NCBI GenBank assembly: GCA_964016885.1
Contig: OZ024740.1
Coordinates: 310,620,001 to 310,684,000 of the forward strand
Length of the DNA: 64,000 nt
DNA from: Eledone cirrhosa
Lineage: Eukaryota
Direction of reading: 5' to 3'
Position numbers and translations under genes: made by a program. Of the stretch, positions 14,401 through 26,617 are shown piece by piece (position 1 is the stretch's first letter; each line of letters starts with the position of its first letter). The notes under the pieces were generated by a model. It saw nothing but the letters and a program-made list of their open reading frames with translations. It searched no databases and was not told where the DNA came from.

Positions 14401-14896
14401 CCACAATGTAATGATGATCTAAATTGTTGTATTTCGTTTGTAGGGCTATTTGTTTTCCCTTTGCTATATTTTCTAATAGATCATGTACAACACATTTAGC
14501 AGTCATCATTTACAGATTACTTCTGCAAGTATGAGGTATAGACATTTAGTTTTGATATTTCAATTTGACCAAGAATTTGTTATGCATATATTGTTAAAGT
14601 AATTAATGTATTGAAATAGAACGTGTGAAATCCACTTTGTGATGATGAAAATTAGTGGATGTATATTAATTTGTAACTCATCATTAATGTGTTTCATTTA
14701 TATATGCATACACATGTATGGTATGGTCCTGTAACTCCTGGGGGAGTCGTAGGAGCGCCGTATTGACATACGGCGTTTCTTGTAATTTAAAGCGTGGGGG
14801 GGGGGGCATCCGTCTCCAGGCCTGAGTACAGCGGATTTCTTCCAGAGAAAGATAGAAAGTGATAGAGAGGAAATGAGAAAGAGATATAAAGGAAGA

Positions 14897-15042
14897 ATCA
14901 ACCCCAGTCCTAGAATGGTACTTATTTTATCGAAATGAAGAACTGCAAAGTTGACCTCGACGGGATTTGAACTCAGAGAGCCGGAAGGTATTACATTAAG
15001 CATTCTATCCGACGTTCTAACGACTCTGCCAATTCGCCGCCT
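14897..15042 (-). mobile_element. tRNA-derived SINE, diverged copy
   Basis: Reverse complement reads GGCGGCGAATTGGCAGAGTCGTTAGAACGTCGG...CTGAGTTCAAATCCCGTCGAGGTCAACTTTGC...TCGATAAAATAAGTACCA. Confidence 0.75.
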
Positions 15043-15298
15043 ACATGATATGTACATACATGCATATAGGTGTGGCGGGGTACGTGTATACGTACACAGC
15101 GATATTTCCACGTGATCGGTCAGAGTTTACAATGAACTAGAAATACATGAAATCCTAATAGACAGAGGTATATATGTGATTATTTGTGTGTGTGCGTGTA
15201 TATATATACATATGTGTGTGTGTGTGACTAGTCAGCAAGCACATTTTGACTTCACCAGATAGTAAATGTTCACAGAACGGATTGAGAGATAGTGACAT

Positions 15299-15690
15299 GG
15301 GGCTGGACAGAGGGGACGGCAAAAGACCAGACGGGATGACCATTTTCCCTTTCTGCATCAGTAAACACCTCATCGGGGATGCCACATCCAGCGACACTTT
15401 CTCCATCGGTCCAGTCAGCTGTTTATCCAGGCTCTTCGGGTCAAGGAGGATAAACTCTCCAAATATTGATCGCTCTCCGACAGGTTTGCGGGCGAGCCTG
15501 TAGCAGTGGTGGCTTCTGGTGTCCTTGGCTCTAGGACCATCTCCCTACACATCACCATTGGCACGGAGTTGGCTATCTGCAGGTCTGACCCTCATAAGCT
15601 GGAATGGCTCTTTCAACGTGTCTCCTTCGCCATCCTCCGGGGAAATGCCTTCTGTATTCTGTCCGAAGGGACCGCGGGGCAGCCGGCGAT
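15299..15690 (+). mobile_element. CRE-like non-LTR retrotransposon 3' fragment (restriction-like endonuclease domain)
   Basis: GLDRGDGKRPDG(M)TIFPF...DAT..DTF and SGVLG...LEWLFQRVSFAILRGNAFCIL: the RPDG..W/D and QR.S.A..RGNA motifs of CRE-clade RLE domains. Frameshifted. Confidence 0.78.
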
Positions 15691-15707
15691 TGGGCTCTCA
15701 TTTTCAT

Positions 15708-15895
15708 ATAATTGTTTCTACTTTTTGGCACAAGGCCATCAATTATCCCAGTGTATTACTGGCACTTTATTGTATCGACCCCGTAAGGATGAAAGGCAAA
15801 GTTAACCTCGGCGGGATTTGAACTCAGTCCATAAAGGGCCGTATATCTTTGCTGCAAAGCATGGCGTCAGACCCTCTATCGATACTGCCACTCCA
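15708..15895 (-). mobile_element. tRNA-derived SINE with 10-bp TSD
   Basis: Same family as 11287. TTCATATAAT flanks it at 15703-15712 and 15896-15905. Confidence 0.88.
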
Positions 15896-16062
15896 TTCAT
15901 ATAATAGTGAGAGATGAGAGGAGCTAGAGAGACGGAGTCAGTGAGTGAAAGAGAGGGAACTCTAACGCACACACGCTCTTGATAAGTCAGACATTCATTA
16001 CTAGGTGTCTTTATTGTCAAGTTGTTCAGAATTTAATGCTGGTTCTTAATCTAAATTAAGAT

Positions 16063-16380
16063 ATCTCAATCCAGAATACACTTTATTAGTCGAAATAAAA
16101 CCCATTACAATTTACATATTTTAGTCAACATGATACAACTTCACATATTCCGAGCACATAAAATTCCGGGTTTCTGTAGGCGATGAATTCGTCGAAGGCA
16201 TTTTCTTTTCTTTTTTACGGCTACTGGTTGGTGAATATTTTTTCTTGCAAGATATTCTCGAAATGGTTGATAATGTTTTAGTCGGTTCATAAAAGATCCG
16301 GCTTTTATGCTGGATAATTTAGAGTTTTGTAGTCCAATTCCTTCACCTTCTGCAGCATTGGTTGTGCGATTTTACCCACC
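16063..16380 (-). mobile_element. Mariner (Tc1/mariner) transposase C-terminal remnant
   Basis: Minus translation AQPMLQKVKELDYKTLNYPA*KPDL ... LQEKIFTNQ ... ENAFDEFIAYRNPEF ... YVNCNGFYFD*, matching the mariner C-terminus (HPPYSPDL...C...G.YF). Confidence 0.7.
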
Positions 16381-16492
16381 TCTCGTAAATTATTTTCATA
16401 TAAAATGTTGAAACAAATAAAAACAAACTATGTCATATAGACAAGTCTGGATGTAGATGTTGAGTTTTTATTGTTTTTATTGCCATATAGAT

Positions 16493-16679
16493 AATTGTTT
16501 CTACTTTAGGCACAAGGCCAGCAAGTACCCAGTGCATTACTGGTACTTTATTTTATCTACCCCGTAAGGATGAAAGGCAAAGTCAACCTCGGCGGGATTT
16601 GAACTCAGATCGTAAAGGGACGTAACTATGCTGGAAAGAATGACGTCCGAACCTCTACCGATACTGCCAATCCACCGCC
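16493..16679 (-). mobile_element. tRNA-derived SINE (3' part of chimeric insertion)
   Basis: Near-identical to the copy at 27783-27968. Its head GGCGGTGGATTGGCAG is fused directly to the CRE fragment. Confidence 0.9.
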
Positions 16680-16833
16680 CGGTATTTGAGGAGTTTGGCC
16701 CCCTCAGCCCAACGTGCAGCAGAACCTGGGTCAGTCGCAGACTGCACCAGGTTGCGGCTGCAGAAAGTGTCGGTGCAAGTGGCATCCCAGACAAGGGGTT
16801 TGCCACCGCGGAACGGGAAGATGGTCATGCCAT
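16678..16833 (-). mobile_element. CRE-like RLE fragment (5' part of chimeric insertion)
   Basis: GMTIFPFRGGKPLVWDATCTDTFCSRNLVQSATDPGSAARWAEGAKLLKYR, nearly identical to 17346-17500. Confidence 0.85.
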
Positions 16834-17111
16834 ATAGATAATGCCTGTAGGAAGAATTTCCACCATTTTTCGAGATATTCACTGCCTGGAATGATGATAT
16901 TAGACGGTTTACTGGGTTTTTTATGTTGTTAATTTATATTTTATGCAGCTGTTGGTTTCATTATAGAGTTAAGCAGAATTATTTATGTAAAAGTCAGTTC
17001 TATTAAATGAGAGGAGTACCATGTATACCGAATGTATTCAGTATTAGGAAACCTATTTAATTTTATGGATTAGGACAATAGGATTGATGAGTTAATATCT
17101 GTATACAACAA

Positions 17112-17535
17112 CTACAACGGTACGCGATGGGGCCCACCCACAGCACCGGCGGACAGAATGGAGAAAGCGTTTCCCCAGAGGACGGTAAGAGAGACGCGCT
17201 GAAAAAGCCACTCCAACTCGCGGGGCTCACATCTGCGGCTGGCCAGCTCAGCGCCTATGGTGGTGAGTAAGGAGGTAGCCCTGGTGCCGAGGACACCAGA
17301 TGTCTCCACTGCCAGGGGTACGACGGCAAACCTGTCGGCGAGCGACCGGTATTTGAGGAGTTTGGCCCCCTCAGCCCGACGTGTAGCAGAACCTGGGTCA
17401 GTCGCAGACTGCACCAGCTTGCGGCTGCAGAAAGTGTCGGTGCAAGTGGCATCCCAGACGAGGGGTTTGCCACCGCGGAACGGGAAGATGGTCATGCCAT
17501 CTGGCCTTTTGCCGTCCCCTCGATCCAGAGTTCGC
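17112..17535 (-). mobile_element. CRE-like non-LTR retrotransposon 3' fragment with open RLE frame
   Basis: ORF 17112..17495 extended upstream: LDRGDGKRPDGMTIFPFRGGKPLVWDATCTDT...AEGAKLLKY...PLAVETSGVLG...LFQRVSLTVLWGNAFSIL. A GC-rich island in AT-rich DNA. Confidence 0.85.
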
Positions 17536-18939
17536 TTCAGTATCCGACACGACGTATTTAATATTCCATTTCCTGTGACCGAAATCTATTAATTTACCAG
17601 TCACATATAATGTAAAATGTTCTAATAATGCCTGACGAAGTGAATGTTCGCAGAAGTAAATGCTTATTACGACATTATATCAGAAATGTGTGTTGTTAAG
17701 ATAATTCTGAAACCAAACCAACCTGATACGCTGTGATATAATTGGTCTATGTAGCATCAAAATAAAAAAAAAACGCTTCACTCACAATATGTGGGCCTAC
17801 GTTAAAATACGCTTACTCAAACTATTTACCCACTATATAAATACTTGCAAATAATTGTTAAATTATGAACCTAATTCAGTATACTTTATGTAAAAAGATG
17901 TTATTGTTTCTTGCGATAGATCGTTACACACGAGGGAAAATCTATGTTTATGTCAAACATTTCAATTGTTCTATACCACACTAATATTGTATCCAGTGAA
18001 TACCAGTCAATGTTATATCACAATGTAGCAGATGTTTTGTCACATATGAGTACAATATATTGAGGAACATTTCATATTAGCACGAAATATTTCTTCAAGG
18101 ATTTCAAGGAACTCAAGAGGAAACATTACATAAATATAATCTGTTCAGCAATTTCTATTCTAATTAAGCAGCAGATATATTGTATACAATCCGTTATATT
18201 AAGCATTATTATTTAACGTCACGTGCTTTATCTGATTAATATGAAGTCATACATCTTTCAGAATATATAAGCTGCTTCAATGCATGCGCGTGTGTATATA
18301 TATACACCCATGCGCACATACACACAAACATACACGCGCGTACACACACACACACACATACACATATATAAATTTATGTGTGCGTGTATGTGTGTATAAT
18401 TATATATAGCCATTAGTTTCTCTTTGCACAGTAAAACATCCTTATCATTCCATCTATGAAGAAAACTTAAAGCAAATCACTAACTATGCATATAAACAAC
18501 AAATCCAAATTTACCTACAATGGCCCGTTATTTTAATCGTTGGTGACATTATTTTATGTATTGCACAGCGTGTATCGAAATGTACACCGTGTTCTAGACT
18601 GGGAAGTCTGAAATAGAATTAATGCAAGAAGTAATAACCCGAAACCTGACAGGACTCTGACAATATAACTTATGTTGCAGTAAGTTCTAAGCATGCCAAG
18701 CATTGTTCTTTTAGAGTATATGCGTTGTATTGTTATTTATTACTTACTGATTGGTTGGGGTTTGTGTGTACAAATACATATAGGTTTTGAATATATATTT
18801 ATTGCATATGTTCAAGCTCGGATGCTGTTTGGGTTACTTACGAGAGACGGTTGTGGCAATTATGATGCTAATCTTACTCGGTACGTCTTATGTTGCATGG
18901 TTAGCCCTTTGTATTCACGCTGCAATTTAAGTTTCCCAG

Positions 18940-19050
18940 GTAAGTGAATGAGAATCGGAAATAAGGTGTTTTGCTCAATGGCACAGCTCCCACCATAAAC
19001 CGAACTCATTACCGTACAATCCTAAGCGGAAAAATCTACTTACCACATCA
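18940..19050 (-). mobile_element. Degenerate CORE-type SINE fragment
   Basis: GAAATAAGGTGTTTTGCTCAATGGCACAGC...CGAACTC on + resembles the antisense of a CORE domain (AAGTG.CTTGC.CAAGG.CACA) plus B box. Heavily diverged. Confidence 0.35.
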
Positions 19051-19089
19051 CACAGATTCACCATCATCAATATAATAGGTTATCGTCAG

Positions 19090-19900
19090 TTCCAATATGA
19101 CTTAATGGGAATGGTGTTGTTCCTCGCACTACCACAATGAACACATTAAGCACTCTCAATAAATTTTACTCAGATTTAGCAAAACCTCTGCTACATTGTC
19201 AACACTTTGACTAGTATTGTTGCGAACCACAACACGTAATTTTATTGAAACATCTCCATGGAAGAGAAGATTTTCTGAATTTAATCAACAACAGTATCCC
19301 CAAAACAAGTCAAATCAATATTCAAACACTCCGAGAAACATAATCAAAACAGGAAAAAATATATTAGCATACATTTCAACTTCCAAACCAAACATTTCAG
19401 ACATACAATTAACATACAGACATACATACACATACAATTAACCTTACCTATCTTCTAAAGGACAAGAAACTGAAAATCATCATACAAAAACACAGAATCA
19501 TAAAAAGTAAACGACAAACAAAATCACTAAAATAAGCTACTAATGGAATGTAAACAGCAAACCATTACTAAAGAACCTGAAGTAAAAAGGTGAACTTCCC
19601 TGCGAGTTATACAATTATCTGTTAAAAGGCAACGAATTTAATTACAAAGACGATGCCACCTTTAAAATTAAACATGACTTTCTTGAAATTCGGAAAATCT
19701 AATATACATTATAACGTGTAAAAGCTGACACAAACATTATATTGGACAAAGAGGCACTTCACTCCGAAGATGAATGAGTTCACTGTCAACAAAGCAGGCA
19801 CCCACACACAAGAGAGATTCCTCTTAGTCAACATATAGAGGTCTGCGGAGGACGATTTTAATTGTATAATTGTATTTAAACGTTCATATTTATCGTGTGT
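19090..19900 (+). mobile_element. Decayed Penelope-like element (RT C-terminus / GIY-YIG remnant)
   Basis: Translation fragments RIIKSKRQTKSLK ... FKIKHDFS*NSENLIYIITCKS*HKHYIGQRGTSLRR: the NLIY.I.C....YIGQ...LR.R signature of PLE GIY-YIG domains. Confidence 0.65.
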
Positions 19901-19939
19901 TTTGTGACTGGCTTTGAAACGTTACTTGGTTTATTTGTG

Positions 19940-21250
19940 TCTCCCATAATTTCTTTGTAGATGACCTGAAATTGTGTGGGCCAAATATCAACCAGATAAA
20001 ACAGCAACAATTGGACCCCATTACCTAATATTCTACAGGTATTGGAATGTAATTTGGTGGCTCTAAATGTGCATTTTTGAAAATTAAATGTGGAAGGTTG
20101 TGCTCTCCCCCAAAAACGTAATAATTAACGGCTTGACGATACAACCTCTATAGCTGGGTGACAATTATAAGTGTCTTGGGTAGGATGAATATCTGATATT
20201 ATGGATCTATATTTAAGTACAAATCTATATTTAAGTACCAAGAATGAATATCTTAGAAAAGTAAAGAGAATGTGGTAATGAAAACTATCAGTGGACAACA
20301 AGCACATTGCCCATAATGCTTTCCTTATGCCAATCCTAACGCTAACAGAAGACAGAGGTTAGCAATCATGTTGCCTAGTTTTACGAACATGGAAATCGTA
20401 ATACATTTAGGATAGACACTGATCTAGAAGAGAGGCATGACATGATATCTGATACAAATATCTTTCCCGGAAACATTAGAAGACACAACTCAATGTTAGA
20501 ACAAAATAAACAAAATGGACCCCTCTACTGAGAGAGTTCTATATGGGTACCTGAAACGAAAAATATAGACCGTAGAGGGTGATAAATCATACTAAAAGCC
20601 TGATATGGAGTTCCGTCAAGTTCATAACATTCCACCTTAAAGGATATCCTCAAGAACAAGAAATCCCGATAAAGTACCATCTGCAAAAAAGAGGAAGGTC
20701 TTCAATTGACAATAATTGTAGGCTGTGCAAAACAAAGATTGAAGATGTTAGCTCCATTATTGGCAACTGTGAAATAATCTCTCCTCCTCACGACCTCCCT
20801 TGAAGCGTCATGTGGTAGGTAGAACGGTCTAGAATTGATTGCGGAAGATGAAATCAAATACGGGGGAATATGGTGTGACTGATGGCTCAAACCGAATCTA
20901 CAAATAAAAACTGCCAACAATTAAAGCGCAATCGACCTGATATTGTTGTTTGGGATCACGCATTAAAAATATTCTCTGTTGTAGAAGTCACCTACCCACT
21001 CGGTGTTAACATGGTAATATCAACAGCCTGGACCAAAGTATAACTGAGCTTCAATTTGTGGAGAAAGAACGTCGCTGCTTAATTCACAAGCTACAAATGG
21101 CCGAAATAGTACCTTCAAAATTTGTAATACATACTTATGATTCAAAAGATGAATGCTTTCAGAAGAGACGACGACAATTTTCTTTCTCTACAGCCTTGTT
21201 TCTGGGAAGTTAACCGGTTAAAGATAAGCTCAAAATTAAGCGATAGAAAT
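19940..21250 (+). mobile_element. Decayed R4/Dong-clade non-LTR element (RT end, CCHC, RLE)
   Basis: FVDDLKL at ~19954; IGM*FGGSKCA; NEYLRKVKRMW; QEQEIPIKY; CRLCKTKIEDVSSIIGNC; NRPDIVVWD...VVEVTYP. Ends in TACATAC repeats. Confidence 0.75.
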
Positions 21251-21325
21251 TACATACATGAATGCATGCATGCATACATACATACATACGCACACGCACA
21301 CACACATACATACATACATACATAC

Positions 21326-21907
21326 ATGATGGCTGCCAACTCGTTTTCGAGTACGGCCACTACTTTATATCCATGTAGGAGAACCCCTACCGATGCGCTG
21401 AACGAGTGTGACTTTTTAGTCCAGCCAGCGACTTGAAAACTCTGGTACAAACACTACACTTGTGTCAATTATTGACACATAGTGCTGGGCCCATGGTACC
21501 ATGTGACGACAAGTGCAGAGAGATCTCCAGATATAAAGCAATGCATGTGCTGTGAAGCTTTTATAGTGAGCAAAGGCACTGCACAAAGCCAGTCCCACTC
21601 TCTTAACCAAGATGATATTTACCAAAAAGAAGAACAAGTCACCATCATTGGATGCCATCAGGGTTGCAGGTGTTATATCAGAGTTTTCCTTCTCCTATAA
21701 TTTTGCCTTGACAAAGGCTAAGGGGTCATCTCTCCCGGTGATTTTGGATGGCCATTGACTCTTAAGAGCTCCTTTGCCCTTTGACAGGTTTTGTTTTTAG
21801 TCCTGCAGGATGTCCAAAGTCACCCTCTTCACCAAGAAACCTTGGTGGGGTTGCCAGTTTAGTCGCCAACAGATACATGTTACCAGTAGCACCAACTGGT
21901 GACCTGA
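21326..21907 (-). mobile_element. Non-coding, non-autonomous RTE-like derivative flanked by (CATA)n
   Basis: The minus strand contains an RTE-5'UTR-like motif CCTTTGTCAAGGCAAAATTATAGGAGAAGGAAAACTCTG and a 3' stem-loop GGCCGTACTCGAAAACGAG..GGCAGCCATCA followed by (TGTA)n. The 3' end is shared with 23100 and 35839. Confidence 0.55.
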
Positions 21908-21970
21908 CATACATACATACATACATACATACATACATACATACATACATACATACATACATACATACAT
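21908..21970. repeat. (CATA)n microsatellite
   Basis: Pure tetranucleotide run. Confidence 0.95.
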
Positions 21971-22760
21971 GTCATCAGCAACTGACCAAAGATGTCATTT
22001 CGGTAATATCTACTTATGAGGCATGATGTAGTGGCCAAAACACTGTACAATGCAGTTCGTAAAATAGATAGCCCCGATAATAAACACATTAAAAGCTACA
22101 GCAATGTGGAAGACATCCATGTACATATTATGAAAGAGTACTAGTGGAATGTTCCAATAAAAACCCCAATAAAATGCAGGCATAACAGACCATATATGGG
22201 ACAGAGAGAAGAAAGCATGCACAGTAGTGGAAATTAGCTGCCCAACAGATGCCAATATAATATCAAAGATTAGTGAAAAGGAGAATATTTATGCAGAACT
22301 GATGAGAAATCTGCAGATACTCCACACTGATTACACCTTCAGATTTATGCCTGTGATTATTGGGGCACTGGGGTATGTTATTACCTGCCTCAATACAAAT
22401 CTTGAGAAGCTAGGCTTCACAGGAACAGAAAGAAGACAACTAGTTAGGAAATTACAAGTACAATCCATTAATGGAACAGTAAAAAATATGTAAAACATTC
22501 CAAAAATGTTGCATCTAATAACTGCATATACACATGTACAGATGCAAAGCATATACACATGCACACATACAACTCAAAACATACACATCCACACATACAA
22601 TAACATCCATATCTACACATGCATGCATACATACATATCTACCTAGTTGATGTTGTGTAAATTCCAATGAGAAAGTCTTGTGTCTATGTTAGAAACCGAC
22701 TCTCTCTCTATTGGTAAAACTTTGTAAAATTATAAAACCAGAAGAACATACATACATACA
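21971..22760 (+). mobile_element. R4/Dong-clade element, 5'-truncated (RLE domain + 3' UTR), (CATA)n tail
   Basis: VISN*PKMS..YLLMRHDVVAK; CRHNRP; WDREKKACTVVEISCPTDANIISKISEKENIY...FMPVIIGALG (ORF 22227..22493). Ends AAAACCAGAAGAA-CATACATACATA. Confidence 0.85.
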
Positions 22761-22765
22761 TACAC

Positions 22766-23099
22766 ACGTACAATGCAATCCGTAGAAAAGATAGCCCCGA
22801 TGATGAACACATTAAAAGCTACAGCAATGTGGAAGACATACATATACATTATATGAAAGAGTACTGGTGGAATGTTCCAGTAAAACCCCAATAAAATGCA
22901 GGCATAACAGACCAGATATAATGATATAATGATACAACTCAAAACATACACATCCATACCTACACATGCATGCATGCATGCAGACATGCATACATATCTA
23001 CCTAGTATGAGACAGTCTTGTGTCTATGTTAGAAACCGACTCTCTCTCTATTGCCAAAAATTTGTGAGATTATAAAACCAGAAGAACATACATAGATAC
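22766..23099 (+). mobile_element. Second, internally deleted tandem copy of the same R4/Dong-like family
   Basis: 22768-22918 matches 22045-22195, then jumps to the 3' UTR (matches 22568-22746). Same AAAACCAGAAGAA-CATACATA end. Confidence 0.85.
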
Positions 23100-23470
23100 A
23101 TGACAGCTGCCTCCTCTTTATCGAGTATGGCCATTGCACAATATAACATTATTAATAATCATTAATTAATTCTAATTAATTAATGATTATTAATAATATT
23201 ATGCCTGTACATAGAGATAGTTTTTTAAGTGAGAAAAGACTGTGTACTGATCCAATCCCACTCTCTGAGCGACAGTAGCTATAACCCGAAAAGAAGAAAA
23301 GATCAACATTATCGGTAACTACTGAGCCGCAGGTTTTATGTCGGAGTTATCTCGGTTTGCTGAGTTGCCTTCTCCTAGAAGAATGTCCTGACAAAGGCTA
23401 GGGGTACTTCACTCCCAGTGGTTTAACCACGCGATTGGGTATCCAACCCGATTATTTCTATGTCCCCGCG
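23100..23470 (-). mobile_element. Non-autonomous RTE-like derivative
   Basis: Shares the 3' end ATGGCCATACTCGATAA.GAGG.GGCAGC with 35839-35878, the body with 40907-41024, and the CTAGGAGAAGGCAACTC 5'UTR-like motif with 21680-21720. Confidence 0.6.
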
Positions 23471-23485
23471 CATATGCACGCATGC

Positions 23486-23577
<92 letters not shown>

Positions 23578-24212
23578 CATGTATATACATACATCCATAC
23601 ATACATGAATCTTTGTGTTTCTGTCTATTTTTATGTGTTAATATACCTAAGCGATATGTACAAATTCTATTCAGAGTGTTGTATGATGTAATTTTAATTA
23701 TGCTGCATTATGTATCTATGCAAGAATGTCTTTCCTTTATGCATTATAACACAAACTGATTCTTAAATATGAAATAACAATGTATTTTCGACTCTACAAA
23801 TATAAATTACATAAAATCACTAAATTCCTTTCATGTTAAGCTTAAACAATATGATATATTGCTGCTTAAATTTACATACAACTGAAGCATGCGTATCGCT
23901 TATAGGAGGTTGAAATGACCCGTCGAGTTTTAACTATCCAGAAACAATAAAATTCATATTTGATACGCCTGGTATATGAATTACAGCATTATGAATGTAA
24001 ATTATTACTTTAAGAGATTTTGTACACAGTACTACAGCTTCGAATTTCATGGTTAAAACGTTTTACTGACAATCATGCGACGCCTCACTCGATCCAACTA
24101 GGCTGTATTTATGAATATTATTATATATTCTGGCCACAAATTAAACAATTCTGATGTGGTTGTGATTTCGAAGTCAGAAACAGCACAGAGTGCCATTGCA
24201 CATATATCAAAT

Positions 24213-24280
<68 letters not shown>

Positions 24281-24292
24281 ATGACTGCCAGT

Positions 24293-24356
24293 TAATAATA
24301 ATATAATGGAAATATTGTGTACAGTGCTCTGGTGCACTACAACTCATCAAAAGTGT
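24293..24356 (-). mobile_element. Solo 3' terminus of the CR1-group LINE family seen at 7931-7995
   Basis: Reverse complement CACTTTTGATGAGTTGTAGTGCACCAGAGCACTGTACACAATATTTCCATTATATTATTATT closely matches 7931-7995. Confidence 0.7.
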
Positions 24357-24554
24357 CTGTATAGTATATAGGGTAATGTACAAACGCCAGGAAAATGAAC
24401 AGTGCATGAGTCATGATATACACATGTGTGCATGTGTATGGAAGGGATATCAGGTGTAGTTTTGGCGAATTTCGGGAAGCATATGCGTGTGTGTGTGTGC
24501 AAATGTGTATGTGTGAGTGCGTATACATGTATATATATATATTCAAATCTATAC

Positions 24555-24557
<3 letters not shown>

Positions 24558-24626
<69 letters not shown>
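24558..24626. repeat. (GT)n microsatellite
   Basis: Pure GT run. Confidence 0.95.
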
Positions 24627-24632
<6 letters not shown>

Positions 24633-26474
24633 TGTATGTGCTTTTTATATCTGTTAACATTTGTTTCGTAACTTAGCGGTTGGACAAAAAGATTTGGAAT
24701 AGAATATGTTCCAGAGATATATATGATCGGTTCAACATTTGAAGGCACAGCACAGTCTGATGAGGACTTCAAAAATATCCTACATTCATATTTAACGGCA
24801 CTACTTTCGGACATAATTAAAAAGAATGTCACATACATAGAACCAAAATAGAACATATACTATTTAACTAATCAATACACAAAATTCTATGCATTATTTC
24901 TTAATTCGAAATATATCAAGAAACTGGCAACAAATTATTGCTATTCACTTTTGCATAGAATTGCATGCTTTAATTCATGCATTAGATTAAATCTATCACA
25001 TTCTAAATATATAGAAATCATAAAACTAATGACGGCGCACTATTTCCTATATTCTTACTAAGATATCACATAACCTTTGTGAAATGTAATATGGAATTAG
25101 TCTGTTGTATTACTGTAACAATGTTATCAGTAAACGAGTTCCGCCCAACTCTTATTAATCAAGATACGAGAATTTGAATGAGCAGCCATGTTTCATCACG
25201 ACCCATTGTAATATGGTGCCATTTTGCCTACATAATAAATACAGGTTTTCGGAAATTATTAGTCAGGATGTCTATATCAACCAATTTAACTCGGGTTACT
25301 TCAACTTAATTTATATTTTGAACGTATACGTGTAGCTAGCTCATACGCCATATACCTAACGCTATATATCTAAATAGTGATAACATAGCCGATTGTGTAA
25401 CAAAGAGAACTCAGAAACAATTTCTAAATATTTAAACATTATGTTGATCGTTCCTCAATAGGGTTATGGAAAAATATAATTGACTTTATATAGTATATAG
25501 TCAACTATATTTGGATATTAAAGTCCTAAATATGCTATTGCTGATTAACAACGTTCCGATGGTGCTGAACAAAACTGCAATGATCATCGGCCAGTCGAAT
25601 GAATCAACAACAATAATACTATCTCTGCACATACTTTATTTAGACCATTTCATTGCATAATTTTAAATATCTAACGTTAGACAATGTTTCATAAAATTTG
25701 GTCTTTTTCAAGCAACTTGTGTCTTATTTCTGAAAATATATATCGTATCAGGTAGATTTGGAACTATGAAATCTTACAAAACAAACGTTAATAACACTTG
25801 TCTATAGGTTCAATATATGGTTATATATTTATATGAATATATATGTATACACACACATATCTATGCTTGTCAAGGCGTCTGGCGTCTGGCCTATACGTAA
25901 AATTGTACAGATAAAGTATTTGACGAATGCACATTCTATCACAAGTTCCATCACAAATTCCACATTAGAGCAATATTTTCAGTGATAATGAACAGAATAG
26001 ATATAACCTCATTGATATTCTAGAAACTATACATAAATGCTGCTCAACATAAAGAAGGGGTCTCAACAAAAGAAAATATGCTTAATTTTTAGACAATAGA
26101 TAGAATACTTAAGATAAATATATATATTTCAATGTATGAGAAGTAGAAAGATGATAGTTTGATAAACATTATATCTTTACAGTAACATTATGGATATGAA
26201 ATTATAGATAGCCCTTTCTTTGAAGTTTATATTCCTGTGACAATGATAAAACATTTTCCATTAGAATTGTAAGACAACTAACGAAAACAAAACATACTTT
26301 GAATTGTATTAGCCATTAAAATATTATCATACGCATTTGTTTACAAATATATTTATCTACTTATTTGTGTAAATTATAATTCGGTGGCAGACATAACATT
26401 AAATGATATTACAAAATGAAAACGTTTAAATAAAATGTAGTCAAACAAAATATTAGTTTAATATATATATATAC

Positions 26475-26617
<143 letters not shown>

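Noticed and set aside
24752-24800. CAGTCTGATGAGGAC hammerhead-like start
   Set aside because: No matching stem II closure, GAAA or cleavage triplet downstream.
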